The position numbers and the translations under genes are program-made. The notes under the pieces were generated by a model. It was not told the origin of the DNA and did not search any database. It saw only the letters and a list, made by a program, of their open reading frames with translations. From the NCBI GenBank assembly GCA_963793305.1, contig CAWBZV010000003.1:800001-864000 (forward strand): a stretch of 64,000 bases of DNA, read 5' to 3'. This DNA is from an uncultured Gemmatimonadales bacterium (GTDB lineage Bacteria; Gemmatimonadota; Gemmatimonadetes; Gemmatimonadales; Gemmatimonadaceae). Below are positions 17,626 through 26,095 of the stretch, in pieces (within the stretch, counting starts at the first letter, position 1; every line of letters starts with the position of its first letter).

Positions 17626-18885
17626 ATGCCAAACTTTATCAAAGACGACATGGCCCACGACGGAGTCGACCGTCGTGGCTTTCTCGAATGCATGGCGTGG
17701 GCGGGCACGGGCCTCGTCTGGTCCATGGTCGGCGGTGTGCCGCGCTCGTTCGCCATCGGCGACGCGAAGGCGCCCAAGGACCTGTTCTTCGTGCAGATCT
17801 CGGACAGCCACATGGGATTCGACAAGGCGGCAAATGCCGACGTGGCTGGCACTTTTCAAGAAGCCATACGCCGTATCAACGCCTTCCCCAGCCAACCGGC
17901 ATTTCTCCTTCACACCGGTGATATCAGCCACCTGTCCAAGCCGACGGAGTTCGACGCCGTCGATCAGATGATCAAGTCGGCGAAGACCAAGACCGGTTCG
18001 ATTTTCTACGTCCCGGGCGAGCACGATGTGTTGAACGACCAGGGCGCGAGTTACCGGGATCGCTACGGCAAGAACACGCAGGGCAACGGCTGGTACTCGT
18101 TCGACCACTCCGGCGTGCACTTCATCGGGCTCGTGAACGTCATGGATCTCAAGCCCGGCGGCCTCGGAAGCTTGGGCTCGGAGCAGCTCGAGTGGCTGGA
18201 GAAAGACGTGAAGGGCCTGGCGTCTAGCACCCCGATCGTCGTCTTCGCCCATGTGCCACTGTGGGCCCTGTATCCCCAGTGGGGCTGGGGCACGGATGAT
18301 GGTGCACAGGCGCTCTCGTACTTGAAACGATTTGGGTCCGTGACCGTGCTCAACGGCCACATCCACCAGACCGTGCAGAAGATCGAGGGGAACATGACGT
18401 TCCACACGGCCCTCTCGACGGCGTTCCCACAGCCCGCGCCTGGGACGGCCGCGGGTCCTGGCCCAGTCGATGTCGGCGCCGACCGCCTGAGAAGCTTTCT
18501 GGGGCTTTCCAGCATCCGGTTTGCGGCCCACGCCGGCACGCTCTCGATCGTCGATTCGTCGTTGGCCGGCACGCCGGTGGCGGTGGCCGGAGCATCGAGC
18601 GCTCGTGGCAAGCCAAAGACACTCGCGCCTGTCGCCGACAATGAGATCGCGATCGACAACTTCGTGTTCAATCCGCCGAATCGCACCGTGCCGGCGGGGA
18701 CGACCGTCACCTGGATCAACCGCGACGACGTCCCGCACCGGATTGCCAGTTTTACTAACGCATTTACGCCCGGCCCGACGCTCGATACCGACGGCAAGTT
18801 CTCGCAGAAGTTCGAGACGCCGGGCGTGTACAAGTACTACTGCACCGTGCATCCCACGATGACGGGAATCATCACGGTCCAGTAG
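17626..18885 (+). CDS. Tat-exported metallophosphoesterase fused to a cupredoxin domain
   Basis: DRRGFL leader; SDSH, TGD, GEHD, GHIH; C-terminal YYCTVHPTMTG type-1 copper site. Confidence 0.88.
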   Translation: MPNFIKDDMAHDGVDRRGFLECMAWAGTGLVWSMVGGVPRSFAIGDAKAPKDLFFVQISDSHMGFDKAANADVAGTFQEAIRRINAFPSQPAFLLHTGDISHLSKPTEFDAVDQMIKSAKTKTGSIFYVPGEHDVLNDQGASYRDRYGKNTQGNGWYSFDHSGVHFIGLVNVMDLKPGGLGSLGSEQLEWLEKDVKGLASSTPIVVFAHVPLWALYPQWGWGTDDGAQALSYLKRFGSVTVLNGHIHQTVQKIEGNMTFHTALSTAFPQPAPGTAAGPGPVDVGADRLRSFLGLSSIRFAAHAGTLSIVDSSLAGTPVAVAGASSARGKPKTLAPVADNEIAIDNFVFNPPNRTVPAGTTVTWINRDDVPHRIASFTNAFTPGPTLDTDGKFSQKFETPGVYKYYCTVHPTMTGIITVQ

Positions 18886-20704
18886 GGAGGGCGAACACCA
18901 CCAGCGCGTCGCCATCGCCGAACACATCACCACCACCCGCGGCGACGGCGACGTACTGGCGTCCATCGCGCCCCTTGTACGTCATCGGCGTCGCCCGCCC
19001 GCCCGCGGGGAGATCGGCCGCCCACAACTCGCGGCCGGTCTCGATGTCGAACGCGCGAATCTTGCGATCCATCGTGGCGGCCATGAACACGAGCCCGCCG
19101 GCCGTGACGATCGGGCCGCCGAGGTTCGGGCTCCCGTGGCCGTCGTTGCCGAGGGGCACGTCCCAAATGTGTTCGCCCGTCCTCAAGCTCACGGCTACCA
19201 AACGGCCCCAGGGCTGAGGAGAGCAGGGGACGTGATTCGGCGCGATGATCCGCCGGCGCATGATGTACGGCGTCCCGCGCATCCGTGTGTACTGATAGTC
19301 GTAGCGCGATGACATGCTGTCGGCCGCCGCGCGGTCGAACTGATCATTGGGAATCAGCTTCACTTCGGCCACGACAGTATTGACGCCGGCGACCACGATG
19401 GACCGCGATGGGTCGTACGCGACACCACCCCAGTTCACGCCGCCGATGTTCGACGGAAGCTGCAGCGTCCCCTCGAGACTCGGCGGCGTGAAGATCCCCT
19501 CGTAGCGCAGGTTCGCCATCAGCGCCCGGCACTCCGGCGTGACGCTGTCGAGGCTAATGTGATGCGGGCTCAGGATGATCGACGAGAACGGCTGCGTGGG
19601 CGAAGCCTGCTCGCCGGGAATCGTGCTGGCGGGCACCGGGCGCTCTTCGACCGGGAACAACGGCTTGCCCGTCTCGCGGTCGAGCACGAAGAGCATACCG
19701 GTCTTTGTCGCTTCGAGTACGGCCTCGCCGCGTGGGGTCTTCACCAACGCTGGCGGCCCCGCGTTGTCGTAGTCCCACAAGTCGTGATGGACCGTCTGGA
19801 AATTCCAGACCATCTTGCCCGTCGTCGCGTGCAGGGCGACCACGGAGCTGCCATACCGATTGTCGCCGAGGCGCTCGCCGCCGTAGTAGTCGACGCTGGG
19901 ACTCGTCGTCGGCAGAATCACCCAGTCGCGGGCCGAGTCGACGGCGATGACCGACCAGACATTGGCGCCGCCGGTTTGGTGGGCATGAGGGCCCATCCAC
20001 GTGCGCCAGGCTGGGTCCGTGGAGTCTTGGACCACGGGATCCCAGGTCCACCGCAGCGCGCCCGTGCGGGCGTCGAATGCGCGGACCTCTCCGCTCGCCG
20101 CGTTGATGCGGCCGTTGTCGGCAATCGCCGAGCCGACCACGACGAGCCCGTGCACGATCGCGGGCGGTGACGTCTCCTCGTACTCCTCCGGGTAGTCGGT
20201 GCGCGGTGCGTTCCGAAGACCGGCTCGCAGGTCGATGGTTCCATGGTTGCCGAACTCGTCGATCGGCTTTCCAGTCTTGGCATCGAGCGCGATGAGACGG
20301 GCGTCGATGACAGCGACGAAGATCCGCCGGCGACCGTGGTCGTCCACCCACGTCGACACGCCACGGTTGGCGAAGTCGCCGAATTCGAGCTTGAGGTCCT
20401 CATGCGGGTCGAATTTCCAACGCTCAGCCCCCGTCACGGGATCTAGCGCTATGACTCGGCCAAGGGGCGTGCTGACGTACATCGTGCCGTCGACGACGAG
20501 CGGCGTGGCCTCGAATTGTTTTGGGCGCTCTGTCTTGAATTCGGGGGCCATCTCGCCCGTGTGATAGATCCAAGCGACTTTGAGCCGCGAGACGTTGGAC
20601 CGGGTGATTTCCGTGAGCGGAGAAAAACGGCCGCCGGCGCGATCATGGCCATAGGCGGGCCAGTCGCCGGTCTGCAGCAGCAGGAGTGTCAGGGGGATGA
20701 TCAT
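18872..20704 (-). CDS. PQQ-dependent dehydrogenase (glucose/quinate type, soluble)
   Basis: DWPAYG, FEATPLVVDG, QTVHHDLWDYD, GGPIVTAGGLVF, ATPMTY. Confidence 0.92.
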   Translation of the reverse strand: MIIPLTLLLLQTGDWPAYGHDRAGGRFSPLTEITRSNVSRLKVAWIYHTGEMAPEFKTERPKQFEATPLVVDGTMYVSTPLGRVIALDPVTGAERWKFDPHEDLKLEFGDFANRGVSTWVDDHGRRRIFVAVIDARLIALDAKTGKPIDEFGNHGTIDLRAGLRNAPRTDYPEEYEETSPPAIVHGLVVVGSAIADNGRINAASGEVRAFDARTGALRWTWDPVVQDSTDPAWRTWMGPHAHQTGGANVWSVIAVDSARDWVILPTTSPSVDYYGGERLGDNRYGSSVVALHATTGKMVWNFQTVHHDLWDYDNAGPPALVKTPRGEAVLEATKTGMLFVLDRETGKPLFPVEERPVPASTIPGEQASPTQPFSSIILSPHHISLDSVTPECRALMANLRYEGIFTPPSLEGTLQLPSNIGGVNWGGVAYDPSRSIVVAGVNTVVAEVKLIPNDQFDRAAADSMSSRYDYQYTRMRGTPYIMRRRIIAPNHVPCSPQPWGRLVAVSLRTGEHIWDVPLGNDGHGSPNLGGPIVTAGGLVFMAATMDRKIRAFDIETGRELWAADLPAGGRATPMTYKGRDGRQYVAVAAGGGDVFGDGDALVVFALPTGP

Positions 20705-20762
20705 GGGCCCGAACGTACCTGTTGTCGGCCCCCGACTCTACAAAACCGGGTCAGGCGGGACC

Positions 20763-21461
20763 TCAGAGGGACGAGCGGGACACGTGATAGATCGCCATCT
20801 TGCCCTCTTTCTCGGTCTCCACCGCGAGCCCCTCGCTCTCACAGGCCCGCACAAACCCCGGTGCATGCACCCGCCCCGGATCGACAATGATCCCCTGGCC
20901 CTTGGGCGCCAACGTTCGTGCGAGGGCGCTGGCGATGAGAGCGGAGTAGGGCCGCTCGTACAGCACGTCGGCGCCAACAACGGCGTCGAATGTGCCCAGG
21001 TCTGGCATTGAGCGCCAATCAACGAGGCGCGTTTTGGGTGCACGCCTCGCGATCGCAAGAGCATTCAACTCGGCAAACAGGAGCGCGTCGGCGTAATAAT
21101 CTGTCGCCGTCACGTTCCAACCGGCCGCCAACGCGACCGCGGTGACCAGGCCGACCCCACAGCCGAGTTCCAGCAAACGTCCTTGTGCCTGGGGTAGGTG
21201 ATTGGCGAGCACCAGGGCCGATGGCCAGAGCTCGGCCCAATACGGCAGACGTTCATCATGCTCGAAGTCTTCGGGGCTGATCAACTCGTCCGCGCTACGC
21301 GGCTTGCGGATCGCGACCGTCGTATCGCCGACCGCGACCGACACAGTGACGACCGCAAACCGTCGGCCGAGCCGTCGTCTCAGTACTTGGTACTTTTGGA
21401 CCGGGGACATTTCAACGGTCGACGAATGCGCATCGGTCGTGTTAGTCTCGCCGCGTGCCAC
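20763..21461 (-). CDS. Class I SAM-dependent methyltransferase
   Basis: LPYWAELWPSA, LLELGCGVGL, GADVLYE; start uncertain. Confidence 0.85.
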   Translation of the reverse strand: MARGETNTTDAHSSTVEMSPVQKYQVLRRRLGRRFAVVTVSVAVGDTTVAIRKPRSADELISPEDFEHDERLPYWAELWPSALVLANHLPQAQGRLLELGCGVGLVTAVALAAGWNVTATDYYADALLFAELNALAIARRAPKTRLVDWRSMPDLGTFDAVVGADVLYERPYSALIASALARTLAPKGQGIIVDPGRVHAPGFVRACESEGLAVETEKEGKMAIYHVSRSSL

Positions 21462-21697
21462 GACATCCAGATCTCAAGCCGTTGGGCGACACATTGCGGG
21501 AATTCCGTGAAGCCGCCGGAATCTCGCAAGAAAAGTTGGCGGACAAGGTGGGGATCGACCGGACGGTTATCGGCGCGACCGAGCGCGCCGAGCGCAACGT
21601 GGGATATCGGCAGATCCGCCGCGTGCTGGTCACGCTCGGCGTGAGCTGGACCGAGTTCGGACGGGAACTGGATAAACGAGATCAACGGCGCCGGTGA
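21455..21697 (+). CDS. XRE family HTH regulator
   Basis: LREFREAAGISQEKLADKVGIDRTVIGATERAERN. Confidence 0.85.
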   Translation: MPRHPDLKPLGDTLREFREAAGISQEKLADKVGIDRTVIGATERAERNVGYRQIRRVLVTLGVSWTEFGRELDKRDQRRR

Positions 21698-21698
21698 C

Positions 21699-21724
21699 GC
21701 GCCCGGCCTCGAAGAGCCGGGCGC
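21699..21724. terminator. GC-rich hairpin between convergent genes
   Basis: GCGCCCGGC-N8-GCCGGGCGC. Confidence 0.5.
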
Positions 21725-21760
21725 ATCTTAACCGAGTTTCTAGCGGCGTAGTTCAGCCGC

Positions 21761-22177
21761 CTAGAAACGAACGAATACGGCTTCGCCCGTGTGCTCCGCG
21801 CGCTCGGCGGCCTGCGCCATCGCCTCACGCTGCGCGGCTGGCGTGTTGTCCGAGGGGGTGATCATGGACGTCTTCGGGGCCATGCCAGCGCCGGCGCACG
21901 TCACCTTGATGTCCATCGGCGAGAAGATGCCGATCGTGATCCACTCCACCAGCAGGTTGAGGAAGCTGTGCTGGGTCTCGACCTTCGCTACGCCCGATGC
22001 ACACTGCTTGGACACGTCCATGACGTTGGGCGGCACGAGACCGTCGACCCACGACTTGGCCCACTGCTGCTCGACGACCGTCGAGCTCTCGGCGCGACCG
22101 GTCGTGATGACGGCGTGATAGCACGCCATTGAGGATACGAGAGCCAGAACGAGCGGGGCACGGAAGGATCGTTTCAT
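21761..22177 (-). CDS. Bor/Iss family lipoprotein
   Basis: Lipobox SMAC; DVSKQCASGVAKVETQHSFLNLLV..ITIGIFSPMDIKVTC. Confidence 0.75.
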   Translation of the reverse strand: MKRSFRAPLVLALVSSMACYHAVITTGRAESSTVVEQQWAKSWVDGLVPPNVMDVSKQCASGVAKVETQHSFLNLLVEWITIGIFSPMDIKVTCAGAGMAPKTSMITPSDNTPAAQREAMAQAAERAEHTGEAVFVRF

Positions 22178-22366
22178 GCGTGAGCCTCTGAGGCAGGAGA
22201 TGGGGGATAGGCGCGCGGACATAATGGAATATCCAGGGTACCTCGGCAACCCTACTTAGGCCCCGAAAGAGAGCACCACCAAGAACCAGGTGCGGGGGGC
22301 CTGGCTCTTGGCGATGCGCATTTTCCCTGTGACCTACGTCACAGGCCCCATATTATTCTCACCACC

Positions 22367-22711
22367 TCACCTGGTGCGAGCCCAGGGGATGATATCGAGG
22401 CGCTCGAAGGGGATCGCCTCGCCGGTGCGTTCGTCCCGGCCGAACTTCTGCGGGTCGTGGTACAGACGGCGCAGCGCCTCGTCGATCTCCCCCAACTCGC
22501 GGGTCTCGCGCCCGGCCTCCTGCGCATCGAGCTCGCTGTCCATGGTATCCGTCCCCTCGTCCGCGAGGTGATACGGATAATGGGAAACGTCTCCCGCCGC
22601 GTCGGACGAGGTCACGCTCTTTCGCTGCCGATACTGATCGAGAGCGCCGATCACGCGCGACCGCTCCTCGAGCAGCCGCTTCTCCAGGTGCTTGCGTTGT
22701 TCGTCCGTCAT
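22367..22711 (-). CDS. TraR/DksA family protein without zinc-finger cysteines
   Basis: HLADEGTD coiled-coil tip, IDEALRRL, FGRDERTGEAIPFERLDIIPWAR. Confidence 0.8.
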   Translation of the reverse strand: MTDEQRKHLEKRLLEERSRVIGALDQYRQRKSVTSSDAAGDVSHYPYHLADEGTDTMDSELDAQEAGRETRELGEIDEALRRLYHDPQKFGRDERTGEAIPFERLDIIPWARTR

Positions 22712-24963
22712 TCCGCCCCCCGCAGCGCAACTGCTGCCTGTGTAACGACCGCCGCCTCGTCGTCCAGCACCTTGCCGACGCGGACGATCTCCGAGTCCGC
22801 CAGTCCCCATTCCTTCTGTTCGATGGCCTCTCGAACGCCTGGCACGGTCTTCACCCCATACCCGGTATAAAATCCCGGCGCGTACAGCAGGTGTCTATAC
22901 CAGGGCCGGTTCGGCAAACCCCCGGCCGAGGTGAGAGCCCGTTCGCTTCGAATCAGTAAAGAGTTGATCGCGGCGAGTTTGTCGGGCGCTATGCGATCGA
23001 GCGCGGTCCCGTCCGTGTCGGCGGCCGCGGCCGCGTACTGTGACGCGGCCCGCGTCAGCGCATCGACCCCGTTCTCGAGCGGGGCGAAGTCGAGGTGCGG
23101 GGGCGTCGCCACCGAGTCCGGCGCTATCGTCGGTTGGCGGGGGTCGTTGACCGCCGCGAACACGCCATCGCGGAGCTCGCGGTTCTGCTCATTCAGCGAG
23201 TCGGTTTCGTCCTTGGCGAGCTTCTCGAGCTGCGTCCGATACTGGGCAACCGTCTCCGCCAGACCCGTATAATCAAACGGGATAATTTGCGCATCGGCCA
23301 AACGCATGACGCTCGTGCCGATCGTCTGCGCCAGGGCGCGACCGTACACGAAGCCCGTGTCCGAGAAGTGCGTGTACCAGTAGAAGTCGTCGTAGATCGA
23401 GTGGTAGATCCCGCCCGGGGTCTCGCCGTTGTATCCGAGGTTCGCCGAGGCGACCCCCAGGTGCTGAACGAAGGCCGAGTAGTCCGAGCCGGAGCCGAGC
23501 GCGGCGATGCGCAGGTTGCTGCGCGTGCGGACCTCGTCTCGCTCGGCCGGCGGGCCGTAGCGGAGACGTTCGGCTTGCCACCGGCGCCACACGGGGAGAC
23601 GCGTCTCGGGGTCCTGGATGTCCTTGGCGACATCGTTGAAGAACGCCTCCAGAATGTGCGAGCCCTCGATCTGCAGATATCCGCGATCGTTCGAATCCGT
23701 GTTGAGATACGCGACCGCATGTTGCTGGAGCTCGTCCGCGTGGGTCTCGGCCCACTCGGTCGAGCCGAGCAAGCCAGGCTCTTCGCCGTCCCAGGCGCAG
23801 TAGATGATCGTGCGGCGCGGCTTCCAGCCTTTGGCCAGCAACTGCCCAAACCCTCTAGCCTCCTCAATCAACGAGATCTGGCCCGAGATCGGATCCTCGG
23901 CCCCGTTCACCCACGCGTCGTGGTGATTGCCGCGGACGATCCACTCGTCCGGCGCCACGCTGCCTGGGATTCTGGCGATGACATCGTAGAGCGGCTTCGT
24001 GTTCCAGTCTGACTTGAGAAGCAGATGGACCTTGGTCGGTCCAGGGCCGCCGAACCGATACGTGATCGGCAGGCTGCCCCGCCAAGCGGCTGGGACAACC
24101 GGTCCCTTGAGCGCAGCCAGAAGCGGCTGTGCATCGCCATAGGAAATCGGCAGCACGGGGATCTTGGTCAGCGTCTTCACTTCGCTCAACGCCAACCGCT
24201 TCGCGCCCGGCACTGCCCCGATGCCAGGCGTCAGCGGATCGCCCGGATACGTCGGCATGTCCATGACGCTCCCGCGCTGCACGCCATCGCGCGGACGCAT
24301 CGGACCGTTCGGGAACACTTCACCCTCGGCGTACCCATCTTCGTGCGGATCGGAGTAGATCAAGCAACCAACGGCGCCATGCTCGGCCGCGACCTTGGGC
24401 TTGATGCCGCGCCAGGAGCCGCCATAGCGGGCGATGACAATCGCGCCTTTGACCGAGATCCCGTGACGCGCCAGCTCTGCATAGTCAGCCGGCACGCCGA
24501 AATTCACGTAGACGAGCGGCGCGGTGACGTCACCGTCGACGGAGTAGGCGTTGTATGTGGGCAGTTGCTCGGTCGCTTGACCCGACGTGGGATCGACGCT
24601 GAGCGCGGATTCTTTGAGCGAGAGACGAAATGGCGTCGGGGCGACCATCTCCACGAGCCGCTCTTTCGGCGTGGGGTACAGCACGTCGAATTGTTCAATG
24701 TGTGCGTCCAGGCCGAAGGATTTGAACTTTCCAAGAATCCACTCGGCGTTGTCCTTGTCGTATGCGGTGCCGACGTTATGTGGGCGCGCACTCAAACGCT
24801 GCATCGAGGCGCGCATCGTGTCTGGCACGGGGAGCGATTGGAATTGCTTTTCCCAGTCGCGTTCCGAGCGCGCGGCGGCGGTCGAATAGCCAGTGAGCCG
24901 CGGGTCGGGCGAAAAAATTATTACTACGGCAAGTAGCGGGCCGAGCCGAGTGAGTATAGGCAT
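22708..24963 (-). CDS. M28 peptidase (glutamate carboxypeptidase II-like; PA and TfR-dimer domains)
   Basis: GNHHDAW, GAEDPISG, WDGEE, GSGSDY, YHSIYD; likely start ATG 24963. Confidence 0.92.
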   Translation of the reverse strand: MPILTRLGPLLAVVIIFSPDPRLTGYSTAAARSERDWEKQFQSLPVPDTMRASMQRLSARPHNVGTAYDKDNAEWILGKFKSFGLDAHIEQFDVLYPTPKERLVEMVAPTPFRLSLKESALSVDPTSGQATEQLPTYNAYSVDGDVTAPLVYVNFGVPADYAELARHGISVKGAIVIARYGGSWRGIKPKVAAEHGAVGCLIYSDPHEDGYAEGEVFPNGPMRPRDGVQRGSVMDMPTYPGDPLTPGIGAVPGAKRLALSEVKTLTKIPVLPISYGDAQPLLAALKGPVVPAAWRGSLPITYRFGGPGPTKVHLLLKSDWNTKPLYDVIARIPGSVAPDEWIVRGNHHDAWVNGAEDPISGQISLIEEARGFGQLLAKGWKPRRTIIYCAWDGEEPGLLGSTEWAETHADELQQHAVAYLNTDSNDRGYLQIEGSHILEAFFNDVAKDIQDPETRLPVWRRWQAERLRYGPPAERDEVRTRSNLRIAALGSGSDYSAFVQHLGVASANLGYNGETPGGIYHSIYDDFYWYTHFSDTGFVYGRALAQTIGTSVMRLADAQIIPFDYTGLAETVAQYRTQLEKLAKDETDSLNEQNRELRDGVFAAVNDPRQPTIAPDSVATPPHLDFAPLENGVDALTRAASQYAAAAADTDGTALDRIAPDKLAAINSLLIRSERALTSAGGLPNRPWYRHLLYAPGFYTGYGVKTVPGVREAIEQKEWGLADSEIVRVGKVLDDEAAVVTQAAVALRGAE

Positions 24964-25012
24964 GGCACGAAGTTGTGGCGCGCCGCTCGTCGACGCCAGT
25001 ATACTGTAACGC

Positions 25013-25831
25013 ATGAGCGAGCCGGCAACGTCCCCGGCCGCGGCGGAGCCAGCACAGGTCACCGTAGCCACCGCGACCGACAGTGGGAAATACGTTTACT
25101 GCATAGTTCGCAGTGACAAACCCCGGGATTTCGGGGAGATCGGCATCGGTGGGGGACGTCGGGTCTATACCGTCCAGTACAAAGATCTGTCGGCGGTGGT
25201 GAGCAACACGCCGATCGTGTTGTACGATCCGACAAGAGAAAACGTTCTCGCTCACGAGTTCGTCAACGAGACCGTCATGCGCGAGTACACGGTCATCCCG
25301 ATGAGCTTCGGCACGTTGTTCCGATCCGAGGACAACGTCACCGAGTTGCTGCGCTCGGCGTATCAGGCGTTCAACGATGTGCTCGACAAGATGCAGGACA
25401 AGATCGAATTTGGGCTCAAGATCCTGTGGGATCGCGAGAAAGTCATCGCCAATCTCGAGCAGCAGAATGACGAGATCCGGCGGCTCAAGGACGAGATCAC
25501 GAACAACGCCAGCTCCTCGACGTATTTCGCGCGGATGCAACTCGGGCGACTCGTCGAGGCCGCGCTCGAGGAGACCGGCAATCGGCTCGTCGCCGACGTG
25601 CACGACGCGTTGAAGCCCATCGCCGTCGCCAGTCGCAGCAACAAAGTCATCGGCGATCGTATGATCATGAACGCGGCGTTTCTCGTCGAGCGGGCGAAGA
25701 GTGAAGAATTCGACGAGGTCGTGCGCGAGGTCAGTCATCGCTACGACGAACTGCTGACGTTCAAGTACACCGGCCCCTGGCCGCCGTACAACTTCGTCAA
25801 CATCAAGCTCAAGCTCGAACGCGCGAGCTGA
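25013..25831 (+). CDS. gvpF: GvpL/GvpF family gas vesicle protein
   Basis: YVYCI, HEFVNE, PMSFG, C-terminal YTGPWPPYNFV. Confidence 0.88.
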   Translation: MSEPATSPAAAEPAQVTVATATDSGKYVYCIVRSDKPRDFGEIGIGGGRRVYTVQYKDLSAVVSNTPIVLYDPTRENVLAHEFVNETVMREYTVIPMSFGTLFRSEDNVTELLRSAYQAFNDVLDKMQDKIEFGLKILWDREKVIANLEQQNDEIRRLKDEITNNASSSTYFARMQLGRLVEAALEETGNRLVADVHDALKPIAVASRSNKVIGDRMIMNAAFLVERAKSEEFDEVVREVSHRYDELLTFKYTGPWPPYNFVNIKLKLERAS

Positions 25832-25843
25832 CGAGATCCCGCC

Positions 25844-26095
25844 ATGGGATTGCTCACGAAGTTGCTGTTCTTCCCGGTCGCTGGGCCCGTCGCCGGCATC
25901 CGCTGGACATTGGGCCAGGTGCAAGGCGTCGCCGAGCGAGAGCTCACCGACGATACGAAGATCAAGAACGATCTCATGGAGTTGCAGCTCAGACTCGAGC
26001 TCGGCGAGATCGACGAGGCCGAGTATGCGAAGGCCGAGGCCGTTCTCATGCAGCAGCTCCGTGACGTCAGAGAGTGGCGCGAGCGACTCGGCTGA
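25844..26095 (+). CDS. gvpG: Gas vesicle protein GvpG
   Basis: LLFFPVAGPVAGIRW..AERE..LELGEIDEAEY. Confidence 0.85.
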   Translation: MGLLTKLLFFPVAGPVAGIRWTLGQVQGVAERELTDDTKIKNDLMELQLRLELGEIDEAEYAKAEAVLMQQLRDVREWRERLG

